Both the position numbers and the translations under genes were made by a program. Under the pieces are notes generated by a model. It saw only the letters and a list, made by a program, of their open reading frames with translations. It had not been told where the DNA came from and ran no database searches. From Candidatus Parcubacteria bacterium (GTDB lineage Bacteria; Patescibacteriota; Minisyncoccia; Phycocordibacterales; CAIJYI01), in the NCBI GenBank assembly GCA_026395595.1, contig JAPLYL010000008.1, forward strand, positions 1-54,416: 54,416 nt of DNA, given 5' to 3'. Position 1 is the stretch's first letter; the number at the start of each line of letters is the position of its first letter. Of this stretch, positions 16,884-24,587 are shown piece by piece.

Positions 16884-17363
16884 TTATTTTCTTGCCGGTC
16901 TTTTTTGTTTTACATTAAAAAGTCCCACGAAAATAGAATAGCCAAGCAATGCGCCAAATCCGATCTGTTTCATGACTCCAAGCAAATCAGTGGTCTGCCA
17001 TTCCTGCATTACCTTGCCGTCTTTTACTTTTCTCATAAAAATACCATGGACTTCGAGATGTTTTTTGTTGGCGGGGGCGCCCATAAAACTGCCGGTGTTT
17101 ACCGCTGTAGAAATAAATCTGATGGATGCCATGTCTCCATCAACAAGGATATTAGGAAACTCCATTTTTAGGCCAGAAAAAGCCGCTTTCATGTCCTGCA
17201 TGAAACCAATATATTCATTTTTAGTAAACTTCATACCATCTCCGGTATAAGTAAAATTGTCGTCCAACAGTTTATCCAAATCGTCCCATCTCCCTTCCAA
17301 AATAGCATAAGAAACTGCAAGCGCAGTCTTTTTTGTTTGTTCTCTTTGTTCGTTCGTATCCAT
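16884..17363 (-). CDS. SnoaL-like (ester cyclase / NTF2-fold) protein with C-terminal TM anchor
   Basis: The pattern DDNFTYTGDG...FPNILVDGDMASIRF...GSFMGAPANKKHLEVHGIFMRKVKDGKVMQEWQTTDLLGVMKQIGF fits the ester-cyclase family. The hydrophobic tail is GALLGYSIFVGLF. Confidence 0.7.
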   Translation of the reverse strand: MDTNEQREQTKKTALAVSYAILEGRWDDLDKLLDDNFTYTGDGMKFTKNEYIGFMQDMKAAFSGLKMEFPNILVDGDMASIRFISTAVNTGSFMGAPANKKHLEVHGIFMRKVKDGKVMQEWQTTDLLGVMKQIGFGALLGYSIFVGLFNVKQKRPARK

Positions 17364-17444
17364 AAAATTTATTAATTACCAAAGTATAATAAGAAAAGTA
17401 TAGCAAAAGAAAATCAAAAAGTCACCGATTCCCCTCTTGGAAAC

Positions 17445-18074
17445 TTAATCTTCAATATGTAAACCGAGAGTTGAAGCGAGGTAAATCGCCTGACCGGTGT
17501 TTACGGTTATGTTTCCAAAAGAGTCCTTGCTTATGGCGATACCTTCAATGATAGATTCTTTAAAATTCACATTATTCAACTTCGCATGAGAAAATTGAGA
17601 ATTTTTAAGATTGCAGTTTTTGAAAACAACGTTCTCCATTTCAGCTCCGGCAAAATCGGCATTCTCCAGATCGCAATCAAAAAAGAGCATATTTTTTATC
17701 TTGGCAAAACGAAGAGAGAGGTCATTGCCTTTTGATCTTTCAATAACGACATCACGAGCAAAACATCTCATTAACTGCGTTCCCTGAAAACGGCTTTTAT
17801 CTATGACAATTCTTTCCCAATAAACCTGGTGAAAAACCGCTCCGGCAAAACTTGCGCCCGTAAAAACAGAATCAATGGATTTCATATCTTCTACCAGAGA
17901 AGACTGCAAAGACAAATTATGTATGATGCTCGTACTGATATTTATTTCATCTATATTTTCAGAATCAAAAGGCGCTCCATCAAGAAGAGAATTGTCTAAA
18001 TAAAGAACCGAACCTTCCTCAAAAGAAGACTTCTTTAACCGGCCTTTATCCATAATCGGTTTTCGTATTTCCAT
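17445..18074 (-). CDS. Pentapeptide repeat protein
   Basis: Consecutive A(D/N)LxX-type pentads, for example CDLENADFAGAEMENVVFKNCNLKNSQFSHAKLNNVNFKES. Confidence 0.85.
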   Translation of the reverse strand: MEIRKPIMDKGRLKKSSFEEGSVLYLDNSLLDGAPFDSENIDEINISTSIIHNLSLQSSLVEDMKSIDSVFTGASFAGAVFHQVYWERIVIDKSRFQGTQLMRCFARDVVIERSKGNDLSLRFAKIKNMLFFDCDLENADFAGAEMENVVFKNCNLKNSQFSHAKLNNVNFKESIIEGIAISKDSFGNITVNTGQAIYLASTLGLHIED

Positions 18075-18080
18075 AGTAAA

Positions 18081-18109
18081 ATCTTATCAGTTTAAAAGAG
18101 TGAAGTCTA
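18081..18109 (-). promoter_or_regulatory. Promoter, leaderless type (TAGACT-17-TAAGAT-6-ATG) for the pentapeptide repeat gene
   Basis: Directly follows terminator 18109-18148. Confidence 0.4.
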
Positions 18110-18148
18110 AAAGCAAAAGAAACGCCTTCGCGTTTCTTTTGCTTTTTT
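18109..18148 (-). terminator. Strong hairpin terminator
   Basis: AAAAGCAAAAGAAACGC-CTTC-GCGTTTCTTTTGCTTTT. Confidence 0.8.
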
Positions 18149-18400
18149 GGGGTGCCATAGTAGAGAAAGTGAGAACCGTTTTTGAAAGGAAAAATGATGC
18201 GACGATTTATATTCCAACATTTTACCCTACCCTTGAACACACTATTCTTCTATAATTTCAATCTTCGTTGTAGCTTCTTCGCATTCCCATACCCCAAAAA
18301 TCCAAGATACGAATCGACTGTCTCCTTTTTCCTTTTCATTTTTTCCATCCTCCGAAACATTCTTTTCTTGCTCGCAGTCCTCACCACCCGATGAGTGACC

Positions 18401-19177
18401 CTAGTTTCTGTCTGATTTTTTGATTTCAATATCCACTTTCTCTCCTTCAATCGAAGCGATTGCGTACTGCCCGTTCGGTTCGTGATTACCGTTATTTTCA
18501 GAAAATGAGGGAATTGTGCAATAAATGATGTTGTCTATTGTTTGTTGACTGAAAAAATGAGTATGTCCACTGAACACCGCTAGTACCTTGCCTGACTTCC
18601 TCAAAATAGTTCTAACATACACTTTGTTTCCAAGTGATGCCGTTTCGGGATGTTCTTTGAAATAATAATTATTGTCCATATTTTGATTGTCCATCGGGAA
18701 ATGACAATAGATTATCGCCTTCAAAGTCGTTTTTGCTAAATCCTCTTCAAGCCATTTCATCTGTTCTTCGTCTATATAGAGTGGCCCGCGAGGTTCAGTA
18801 CGATTACCGTCAAGCACTACGTGATGAAATCCGCCTAAATCAAAAGAGTAATAGCTATTATCTGCCCCGACTAACTCAATCCACTTTTCACGAGAAATAT
18901 TTCTCACATCGTGATTTCCCAATACGTGCTTGGTGGGCGTTTTTGTTAAAAAGAACGAAAGAGCATTTGTGTACGTCTCGACATCTTTTTCGGCATTTTC
19001 ATCGTGAATAAAATCACCTAGGTTCATCACCAAGTCAGCCTGTTCCATTTCGGAAAGGAGGTGTGGGAAAAATTGTTGAAACAATCCACCGAAAGAGTTC
19101 ACGTAATCTAAACCGCCAATCCGTGAATAATTAGTATTTTCGCCATAGTGTATATCCGTAATCAAAAATATTTTCAT
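18401..19177 (-). CDS. Calcineurin-like metallophosphoesterase
   Basis: MKIFLITDIHYG, GDFIHDE, GNHD and GHTH motifs in canonical order. Confidence 0.85.
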   Translation of the reverse strand: MKIFLITDIHYGENTNYSRIGGLDYVNSFGGLFQQFFPHLLSEMEQADLVMNLGDFIHDENAEKDVETYTNALSFFLTKTPTKHVLGNHDVRNISREKWIELVGADNSYYSFDLGGFHHVVLDGNRTEPRGPLYIDEEQMKWLEEDLAKTTLKAIIYCHFPMDNQNMDNNYYFKEHPETASLGNKVYVRTILRKSGKVLAVFSGHTHFFSQQTIDNIIYCTIPSFSENNGNHEPNGQYAIASIEGEKVDIEIKKSDRN

Positions 19178-19325
19178 ATTAAAAGTATACCGAATCGGAA
19201 CAAAAAAGTCCCGCTGTTATAAATTTTTTGATCTCCCACCTGAGTGGCATATTTTATAACTTTCTCATATCAAAATACCCTTGCAAAGCAAGAGTATTTT
19301 GAACAGTTATAATTTCGTCCAGTTG

Positions 19326-19398
19326 GGTGCCTACAGAGATTTGAACTCTGACTGAGGGTTCCACAAACCCTAGTGCTAACCATTACACTATAGGCACC
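19326..19398 (-). tRNA. tRNA-His (GTG) with encoded G-1
   Basis: Hand-folded cloverleaf: G-1, acceptor GTGCCTA/TAGGCAC, anticodon arm AGGGT-TTGTGGA-ACCCT, T arm CAGAG-TTCAAAT-CTCTG, discriminator C. Confidence 0.9.
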
Positions 19399-19498
19399 AT
19401 GTACGGTCATTTATACCATATTTCTTTTAAAAAATCCAGACGAAATGGAAAATCCCGATTCTTTGGTCGGGAACTGCCAATGTAAACTTTCTAAAGGA

Positions 19499-19603
19499 TT
19501 ATATCCCTCCGAGAACGAGAGAAGAAGAAACTCCGATGACGATAACGAGGAATAAACCAAAGATCAGTATTCCGTCAGGGGTGCAAAAATATTTTTTGAT
19601 CAT
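19499..19603 (-). CDS. Possible 34-aa hydrophobic micro-protein
   Basis: ATG..TAA ORF MIKKYFCTPDGILIFGLFLVIVIGVSSSLVLGGI, below the track cut-off. Lies between the tRNA-His region and the membrane protein gene. Confidence 0.2.
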   Translation of the reverse strand: MIKKYFCTPDGILIFGLFLVIVIGVSSSLVLGGI

Positions 19604-19637
19604 AGTGTTAAATTGATTTCTTAATACTTTCATTATA

Positions 19638-20099
19638 TCACGATTTCTTGTTTTCCTTCCATAAGGTTATCCACGACAGAACGAGAGCAAAAAGAAAAAG
19701 AATCGAACCGTAAAAGCATGGGGTTAAAAAAGGTATCATCATGGGCGCGCCGGAACATCCGACCTGACTTCCTTTTAGGTAGTCCAAATAAAGCTTCGTA
19801 AAATTTCCCCACGCAAAAATCACACCGCCGGTCAAAAACCACGAAAGATATTTTTCTTGCCGGATTCTTGCCCCTTTTTCTTTTTTTATGACAAACAACG
19901 TCCAAATAAATGCGCCGAGAAAAGCGAAGGCTCCGTAAAAGCATGGGGTCAAAATAGGATGAGGATAGAGGCAATTTTCAACCTTAAAAAAGGTTCCCTC
20001 TACGCCATAGAAACGCATAAAGTCATCATACACAGAAAGAAAAGCAACAATCGTTCCCATAAAAAGAACGGATGCTTGAGAAAAATAGTATTTCTTCAT
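19638..20099 (-). CDS. Four-TM membrane protein with internal duplication and conserved LTPCFYG motifs
   Basis: Start at MKKYYF removes the overlap with the upstream aminotransferase gene. Two homologous halves each carry C-x9/11-C ending in (I/F)LTPCFYG. Confidence 0.65.
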   Translation of the reverse strand: MKKYYFSQASVLFMGTIVAFLSVYDDFMRFYGVEGTFFKVENCLYPHPILTPCFYGAFAFLGAFIWTLFVIKKEKGARIRQEKYLSWFLTGGVIFAWGNFTKLYLDYLKGSQVGCSGAPMMIPFLTPCFYGSILFLFALVLSWITLWKENKKS

Positions 20100-20106
20100 G
20101 AGTATA

Positions 20107-20934
20107 TTATAACACCCCATTGCCCTTTTCCAAAAACTCTTCAAACAATTTCATTAACCGCTTGAGTTCTTCCGGAGCTGGAGGACATTCAATTTCTCCC
20201 ACTTTTCGTATGGGCACTATCTTTGAAGAAGTACTGGTCAAAAACACTCCGTCATAATTTTTTAAATCTTCAGGGCGAATATCTTTTTCTTCCACTTCAA
20301 ATTCGTTTTGCCGGGCAACATGGAGCACGGCTTTTCTCGTTACCCCCAAAAGTATTTCCTCTTCGCATGGTGTATAAATAGTACCTCCGTTTATAGTAAA
20401 AAAATTCGTACGCGTACCTTCTGTAATGCAGCCTCGGCGATTTATCAAAGCGGAATCGTAACACCCTTTTGCCCGAGCGTCGCGGTAGGAAAGATAACTT
20501 TGCAGCATGTTGAGCGTTTTTGCGTGAGGATACAAACGTTCGTAATTCGTTGTCGTGAGTTCTACTCCATCGCGGTACATTTTCTTATCAGGAAAAAATG
20601 GATTGAGACAAAGGATAGCAAGAAGTGCATCTTCTTTTTTGGATGCACCGATAAGCAGAACCTTCAGGTTGTAGGTTTGTTCTTCCGTCTTCTCGACAAG
20701 TTCAAGGATTGCCTTTTTTACCATTTCTTCTGAGAACGGGTGTTCCAACCCAATAGAGGTTGCCGAGCCAAGAAGTCTCTCCATATGGTGATCCAAAAAA
20801 TACACGACTCCATTTGAGACGCGAACCGCTTCATATACACCAAAACCATAGGTATACTCAATCCGATCAAGAGAGATGACCGCTTCCTCTATCGGAAGAA
20901 TTTCACAATTTTTAGAAAAGTATTGAAATGACAT
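20107..20934 (-). CDS. Class IV (branched-chain/D-amino acid) aminotransferase family protein
   Basis: Fold-type IV pattern: FGVYEAVRV, LERL..S, EGTRTNFF, VTRKAVL. 275 aa. Confidence 0.8.
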   Translation of the reverse strand: MSFQYFSKNCEILPIEEAVISLDRIEYTYGFGVYEAVRVSNGVVYFLDHHMERLLGSATSIGLEHPFSEEMVKKAILELVEKTEEQTYNLKVLLIGASKKEDALLAILCLNPFFPDKKMYRDGVELTTTNYERLYPHAKTLNMLQSYLSYRDARAKGCYDSALINRRGCITEGTRTNFFTINGGTIYTPCEEEILLGVTRKAVLHVARQNEFEVEEKDIRPEDLKNYDGVFLTSTSSKIVPIRKVGEIECPPAPEELKRLMKLFEEFLEKGNGVL

Positions 20935-20990
20935 AAAAATATTAAGACAAAGACACCTTTATCCTAACAGGGTTCACAAAAGAACACAAC

Positions 20991-21022
20991 AAAAAAAATC
21001 CGCAACAAAGCGGATTTTTTTA
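20991..21022 (-). terminator. Terminator after tRNA-Leu
   Basis: ATCCGC-AACAAA-GCGGAT with long A- and T-runs. Confidence 0.8.
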
Positions 21023-21023
21023 A

Positions 21024-21108
21024 TGGTGCCCAGGAGAGGACTTGAACCTCCACGCCTTTCGGCATATCCACCTCAAGGATACTTGGCTACCAATTACAAC
21101 ACCTGGGC
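21024..21108 (-). tRNA. tRNA-Leu (GAG), class II, CCA encoded
   Basis: Acceptor GCCCAGG/CCTGGGC, anticodon arm TATCC-TTGAGGT-GGATA, long variable arm TGCCGAAAGGCGT, 3' ACCA. Confidence 0.9.
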
Positions 21109-21115
21109 GTATTTG

Positions 21116-21790
21116 TCAAGTAAATAAACTCTTACCTACTCCCGACAATGCTTTTTCTATTTTTAGCCGTTTCCGACTTAAACAAATGAGGTTCTCTCTA
21201 TTATACATACTTTTTAAAAGAATGGAAGAGTCTGCCTTCGCATATTTCAATTGATACACAGACGATGTTTTTCCATGACTGATATGCCCGTGTATTTTCA
21301 ATCGTTTATAAATTTCATCCCTGACCCAATCTATGTGTTCCTTACTTGCTGAGATGAAAGTGGTGTAAAACATAAAACTGGACTTCCACCGAGGATCATA
21401 ATAAGAATAAAAACAACCATCACCATCGAATGAACCCCGAAGAAAATCGAAAAAGTATTTTTGGGGAACTTTTATAATTCCAACCGTTTTTGACTTATTT
21501 GGAGTAACCCCAATTGTTTTAAGAAAATCACAAAAAAGAACATCCCCAATCTGAATTAAAAAATATCGTTTTTCTCTTTTAACACCGCTCGCTTTTTTCC
21601 CTATTTGATAGCTTGTGCCGAGAGCTTTTTGAAAATTATCAATCTGTTCCTCATCTTTTGAAGTAAAATTCACATGGCGTCCATCTTTTGATAAACTTCC
21701 GTCGGTAACAATGAGTCCGATGGCGTACGCAAAATCAGCAGACCATTTTATCTTTACTACACCTTTTGGTTTTGGACCTCTGTTCCCCAT
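21116..21790 (-). mobile_element. Free-standing double-motif LAGLIDADG homing endonuclease
   Basis: Two motifs, FAYAIGLIVTDGSL and FLRGSFDGDGCF. 224 aa. The stop lies 8 nt upstream of the tRNA-Leu 5' end. Confidence 0.85.
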
Positions 21791-21796
21791 GCTTGT

Positions 21797-21825
21797 ATTT
21801 TAACATTTTTTATTTTTTTCCTCAA
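21797..21825 (-). promoter_or_regulatory. Promoter, leaderless type (TTGAGG-17-TGTTAAAAT-6-ATG) for the LAGLIDADG gene
   Basis: Extended -10. ATG at 21790. Confidence 0.5.
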
Positions 21826-21854
21826 GTACATAGCGCATACCAATTATATTTCCC

Positions 21855-21887
21855 AAAAAACACCCGCGAGTAGCGGGTGTTTTTTTG
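21855..21887 (-). terminator. Terminator after rplS
   Basis: CACCCGC-GAGTA-GCGGGTG with A- and T-runs. Confidence 0.85.
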
Positions 21888-21895
21888 AATATAAG

Positions 21896-22408
21896 TTATT
21901 TGGTTTCTTCTGCTGCTTCAGCCTTTTCTTCCTCGATGATAGCTTCTTCTTCGGCTTTGATATCATCTGCAATTTCACGTTCTGCAACATCCATGATTTC
22001 AACTTCCTCTTCTTCATTCGCGGTTATATCGGCAGCCATGCGCTGATTTCTCATCTTTCTGCGAATCTCGCGGGCGACTTTCTCTCTGACGTAATAGAGT
22101 TTTGATCGGCGAGTCTTCGTGCGTCGGACAACTTCTATTTTATCAATAATAGGAGAATACAAAGGAAAAATTCTTTCCACGCCAACGCCTCCTGAAACTT
22201 TTCGGACCGTAAAGGTTGCTCCCGGCTCAGTACCGTGCTTTCGGGCGAGCACCATACCTTCAAAAGACTGAAGGCGAACCCTGTCTTTCTTGTCTTTATC
22301 TTTTTCTTTAATCTTCACGAAGACGCGAACAGTATCTCCGGCTCTCATGTCGAGCTTCTTTCTTTCGGAGACGTTAACGGATGTGAAATTTTTTGCAATC
22401 TGTGCCAT
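21896..22408 (-). CDS. rplS: 50S ribosomal protein L19 with ~50-aa acidic C-terminal extension
   Basis: RAGDTVRV...[13 protein letters not shown]...[19 protein letters not shown] core. The tail is E/A/I-rich ([39 protein letters not shown]). Confidence 0.95.
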   Translation of the reverse strand: MAQIAKNFTSVNVSERKKLDMRAGDTVRVFVKIKEKDKDKKDRVRLQSFEGMVLARKHGTEPGATFTVRKVSGGVGVERIFPLYSPIIDKIEVVRRTKTRRSKLYYVREKVAREIRRKMRNQRMAADITANEEEEVEIMDVAEREIADDIKAEEEAIIEEEKAEAAEETK

Positions 22409-22454
22409 GTTTTTATTGTTTTACAGTATCGCTAATGTAGCATAAAGTGCGATT

Positions 22455-23195
22455 TTACGCAATATCCCGAAGCATTTTCTCTCCATTTCGGAAATCCTCG
22501 GGTAAAGGCGCCTCAATATGAAGGACTTTTTGAGCAGGAGTTACCACATCAACACAGAAAGAATGAAGGGCTGTGCGAGAAAAACCAAGAATTTTCAGGC
22601 CTTTTGGAGCATAGAGAGTATCGTGAACCACCGGATGCCCGATAGCTTTCAAGTGAACGCGAATCTGGTGAGTTCTCCCTGTTTCCGGATAGGCCTCAAT
22701 ATACGTCGCGCCTTTTCCTCTTTCCAAAACTTTATAAGACGTAGCCGCTTCTCTTCGGTCTCCTCTCGCGCCATATTCGGCAGACCACTTTCGGAAGTCA
22801 TTTCTGGAACGTCCAATCGGTTTATCAATAAACCCCGTGTCATTTTTTACGATTCCATACACAAATGACCGGTAGGTTTTTTTAATCCGACGCTCCTGAA
22901 ATTGTTTCTTAAAAAATTCAAAAGCCTCAGGTGTTTTGGCGATAAGAAGGACGCCGGAAGTTTCGCGGTCAAGACGATGAACAATCCCGGGACGCCAAAT
23001 AATGGAACCGTCAATGGCGCGCCAAGGTTCCCCCACTTTTTTGATATCAGGGTATTTTTGAATCAGCCAATCGGAAAGAGACGGCTCTTTGGTACGGCCG
23101 TCGGAGTGAACGATAAGTCCGCTCGGTTTATTCACCGCAAGCAGATCTTTATCTTCATACAATATGGTTATGCGATCAAAAATTTCGGGTGTCAT
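22455..23195 (-). CDS. RluA-family pseudouridine synthase (no S4 domain)
   Basis: HRLDRETSGVLLIAK catalytic motif and TGRTHQIRVH. Confidence 0.9.
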   Translation of the reverse strand: MTPEIFDRITILYEDKDLLAVNKPSGLIVHSDGRTKEPSLSDWLIQKYPDIKKVGEPWRAIDGSIIWRPGIVHRLDRETSGVLLIAKTPEAFEFFKKQFQERRIKKTYRSFVYGIVKNDTGFIDKPIGRSRNDFRKWSAEYGARGDRREAATSYKVLERGKGATYIEAYPETGRTHQIRVHLKAIGHPVVHDTLYAPKGLKILGFSRTALHSFCVDVVTPAQKVLHIEAPLPEDFRNGEKMLRDIA

Positions 23196-23309
23196 GAAAT
23201 AAAGCTTGTTAGGTTTTAGCTAATGAGGTATTAGTTTTTGAAAAAGTATGCCATCCGATTGTTTTAAGCTAAAAGCCTACCTGGTGGATTCTAACAAAAA
23301 AGGATGGGT

Positions 23310-23444
23310 TTATCCATCCTTTTCTTTTGAACTGGAAAGAAGAGAAGTGTAAAGCGTTCTTGAAATAAGATCAAAAACGAGCAAAGCCTTTCCTTTCAAG
23401 TCTCCCGTTTCTGCCATGTTGGCATATATTGATTCTCTGGACAT
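23310..23444 (-). CDS. Possible leaderless 44-aa ORF (or small RNA)
   Basis: TTGACT-17-TGCTATCAT promoter with the -10 box 6 nt before ATG 23444. The stop lies in the loop of terminator hairpin 23296-23325. Confidence 0.3.
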   Translation of the reverse strand: MSRESIYANMAETGDLKGKALLVFDLISRTLYTSLLSSSKEKDG

Positions 23445-23450
23445 AGTTAT

Positions 23451-23479
23451 ATGATAGCATAAAACGAGTAATAAGTCAA
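23451..23479 (-). promoter_or_regulatory. Promoter, leaderless type (TTGACT-17-TGCTATCAT-6-ATG)
   Basis: Consensus -35 and extended -10. ATG at 23444. Confidence 0.6.
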
Positions 23480-23512
23480 AAAAACTCCCAAGATTCAACC
23501 TTGGGAGTTTTC
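23478..23512 (-). terminator. Terminator after galU
   Basis: AAAACTCCCAAG-ATTCAAC-CTTGGGAGTTTT. Confidence 0.85.
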
Positions 23513-23517
23513 GTATT

Positions 23518-24390
23518 TTACTTTTGCAAACTTTGAATATACTTCCGAAGACCTTCTCCGATTTCCGGATGTTTCAAACCCATATGAATGGTCGCTTTGA
23601 TAAAGTTGAGTTTATCGCCGGTATCAAGCCATTTGCCTTCCAACATGAGTCCGTAAATTTTATCCCCGCGATTGAGCATCAAATTAAAAGCGTCATCAAG
23701 ACCGAGTTCCCCGTCTTTTTTTTGAATGCTTTCCAATACTCGGAATATCTCCGGAGTAATGATGTATTTTCCCGGAGCAACGATGTTTGAAGGAGCCTCT
23801 GAGACTTTTGGCTTTTCAACAAATTTGGTAATCAGAAGGTGTCCATCGGGTAATTTTTTCCCGTCAACGACGCCGAATTTTGATACCTCGCTTTTTTCCA
23901 CTTCGGTCAGTCCAATAATGGGGGCGTGATATTTTTCATACGAAAGCAAAAGCTGTTTCGCTGTCGGAACTTTGGAATCATACAAGCAGTCGCCGAAGAT
24001 AACCAAAACAGGTTCATCTCCGACCAAATGAGAAGCCTGCAAAAGAGCATCTCCGTTTCCTTTAGGAAGTTTTTGCCTGACATAGGTAAAGCGCGCCATA
24101 GACGAAATACCGCGCATAGACGCCATAAGTTCATGTTTGTGTTTTTGAGCAAGCGTATCTTCAAGCTCATAAGAAATATCAAAATGATCTTCCAGCGCTC
24201 GTTTTCCTCGTCCGGTCACAAAAATAATGTCTTCTATTCCGGAATCCACCAGTTCCTCCACAATATATTGAACAACCGGTTTGTCCACGATCGGAAGCAT
24301 CTCTTTCGGTTGAGCTTTCGTCGCGGGAAGAAACCGCGTCCCGAAGCCAGCCACCGGCAATATCGCTTTTTTAATGATGTGTTTTGACAT
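23518..24390 (-). CDS. galU: UTP-glucose-1-phosphate uridylyltransferase
   Basis: AILPVAGFGTRFLPATKAQPKEMLPIVDKP N-terminal signature. 290 aa. Confidence 0.95.
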   Translation of the reverse strand: MSKHIIKKAILPVAGFGTRFLPATKAQPKEMLPIVDKPVVQYIVEELVDSGIEDIIFVTGRGKRALEDHFDISYELEDTLAQKHKHELMASMRGISSMARFTYVRQKLPKGNGDALLQASHLVGDEPVLVIFGDCLYDSKVPTAKQLLLSYEKYHAPIIGLTEVEKSEVSKFGVVDGKKLPDGHLLITKFVEKPKVSEAPSNIVAPGKYIITPEIFRVLESIQKKDGELGLDDAFNLMLNRGDKIYGLMLEGKWLDTGDKLNFIKATIHMGLKHPEIGEGLRKYIQSLQK

Positions 24391-24587
24391 GTTTTCCTTC
24401 TCTCATTAAAGTTATTGAATTTACTTTTTCCTTCCTTTACACTAGCACATACGATAGGAAGAAAAAAGCTTTTTAATAGTGTATAATAGGCAAACGATAA
24501 AGGATGGAAAAGTAGTAAAATAGAAAGATTGCAACGGCGCCGGAATTTTTATTATTTTTCTATTTTATTATTCTATTATTTTTACCT

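Noticed and set aside
21024-21790. LAGLIDADG gene as part of a tRNA-Leu intron
   Set aside because: The tRNA-Leu folds as an intact, uninterrupted 85-nt class II tRNA. The endonuclease ORF lies wholly upstream of its 5' end.
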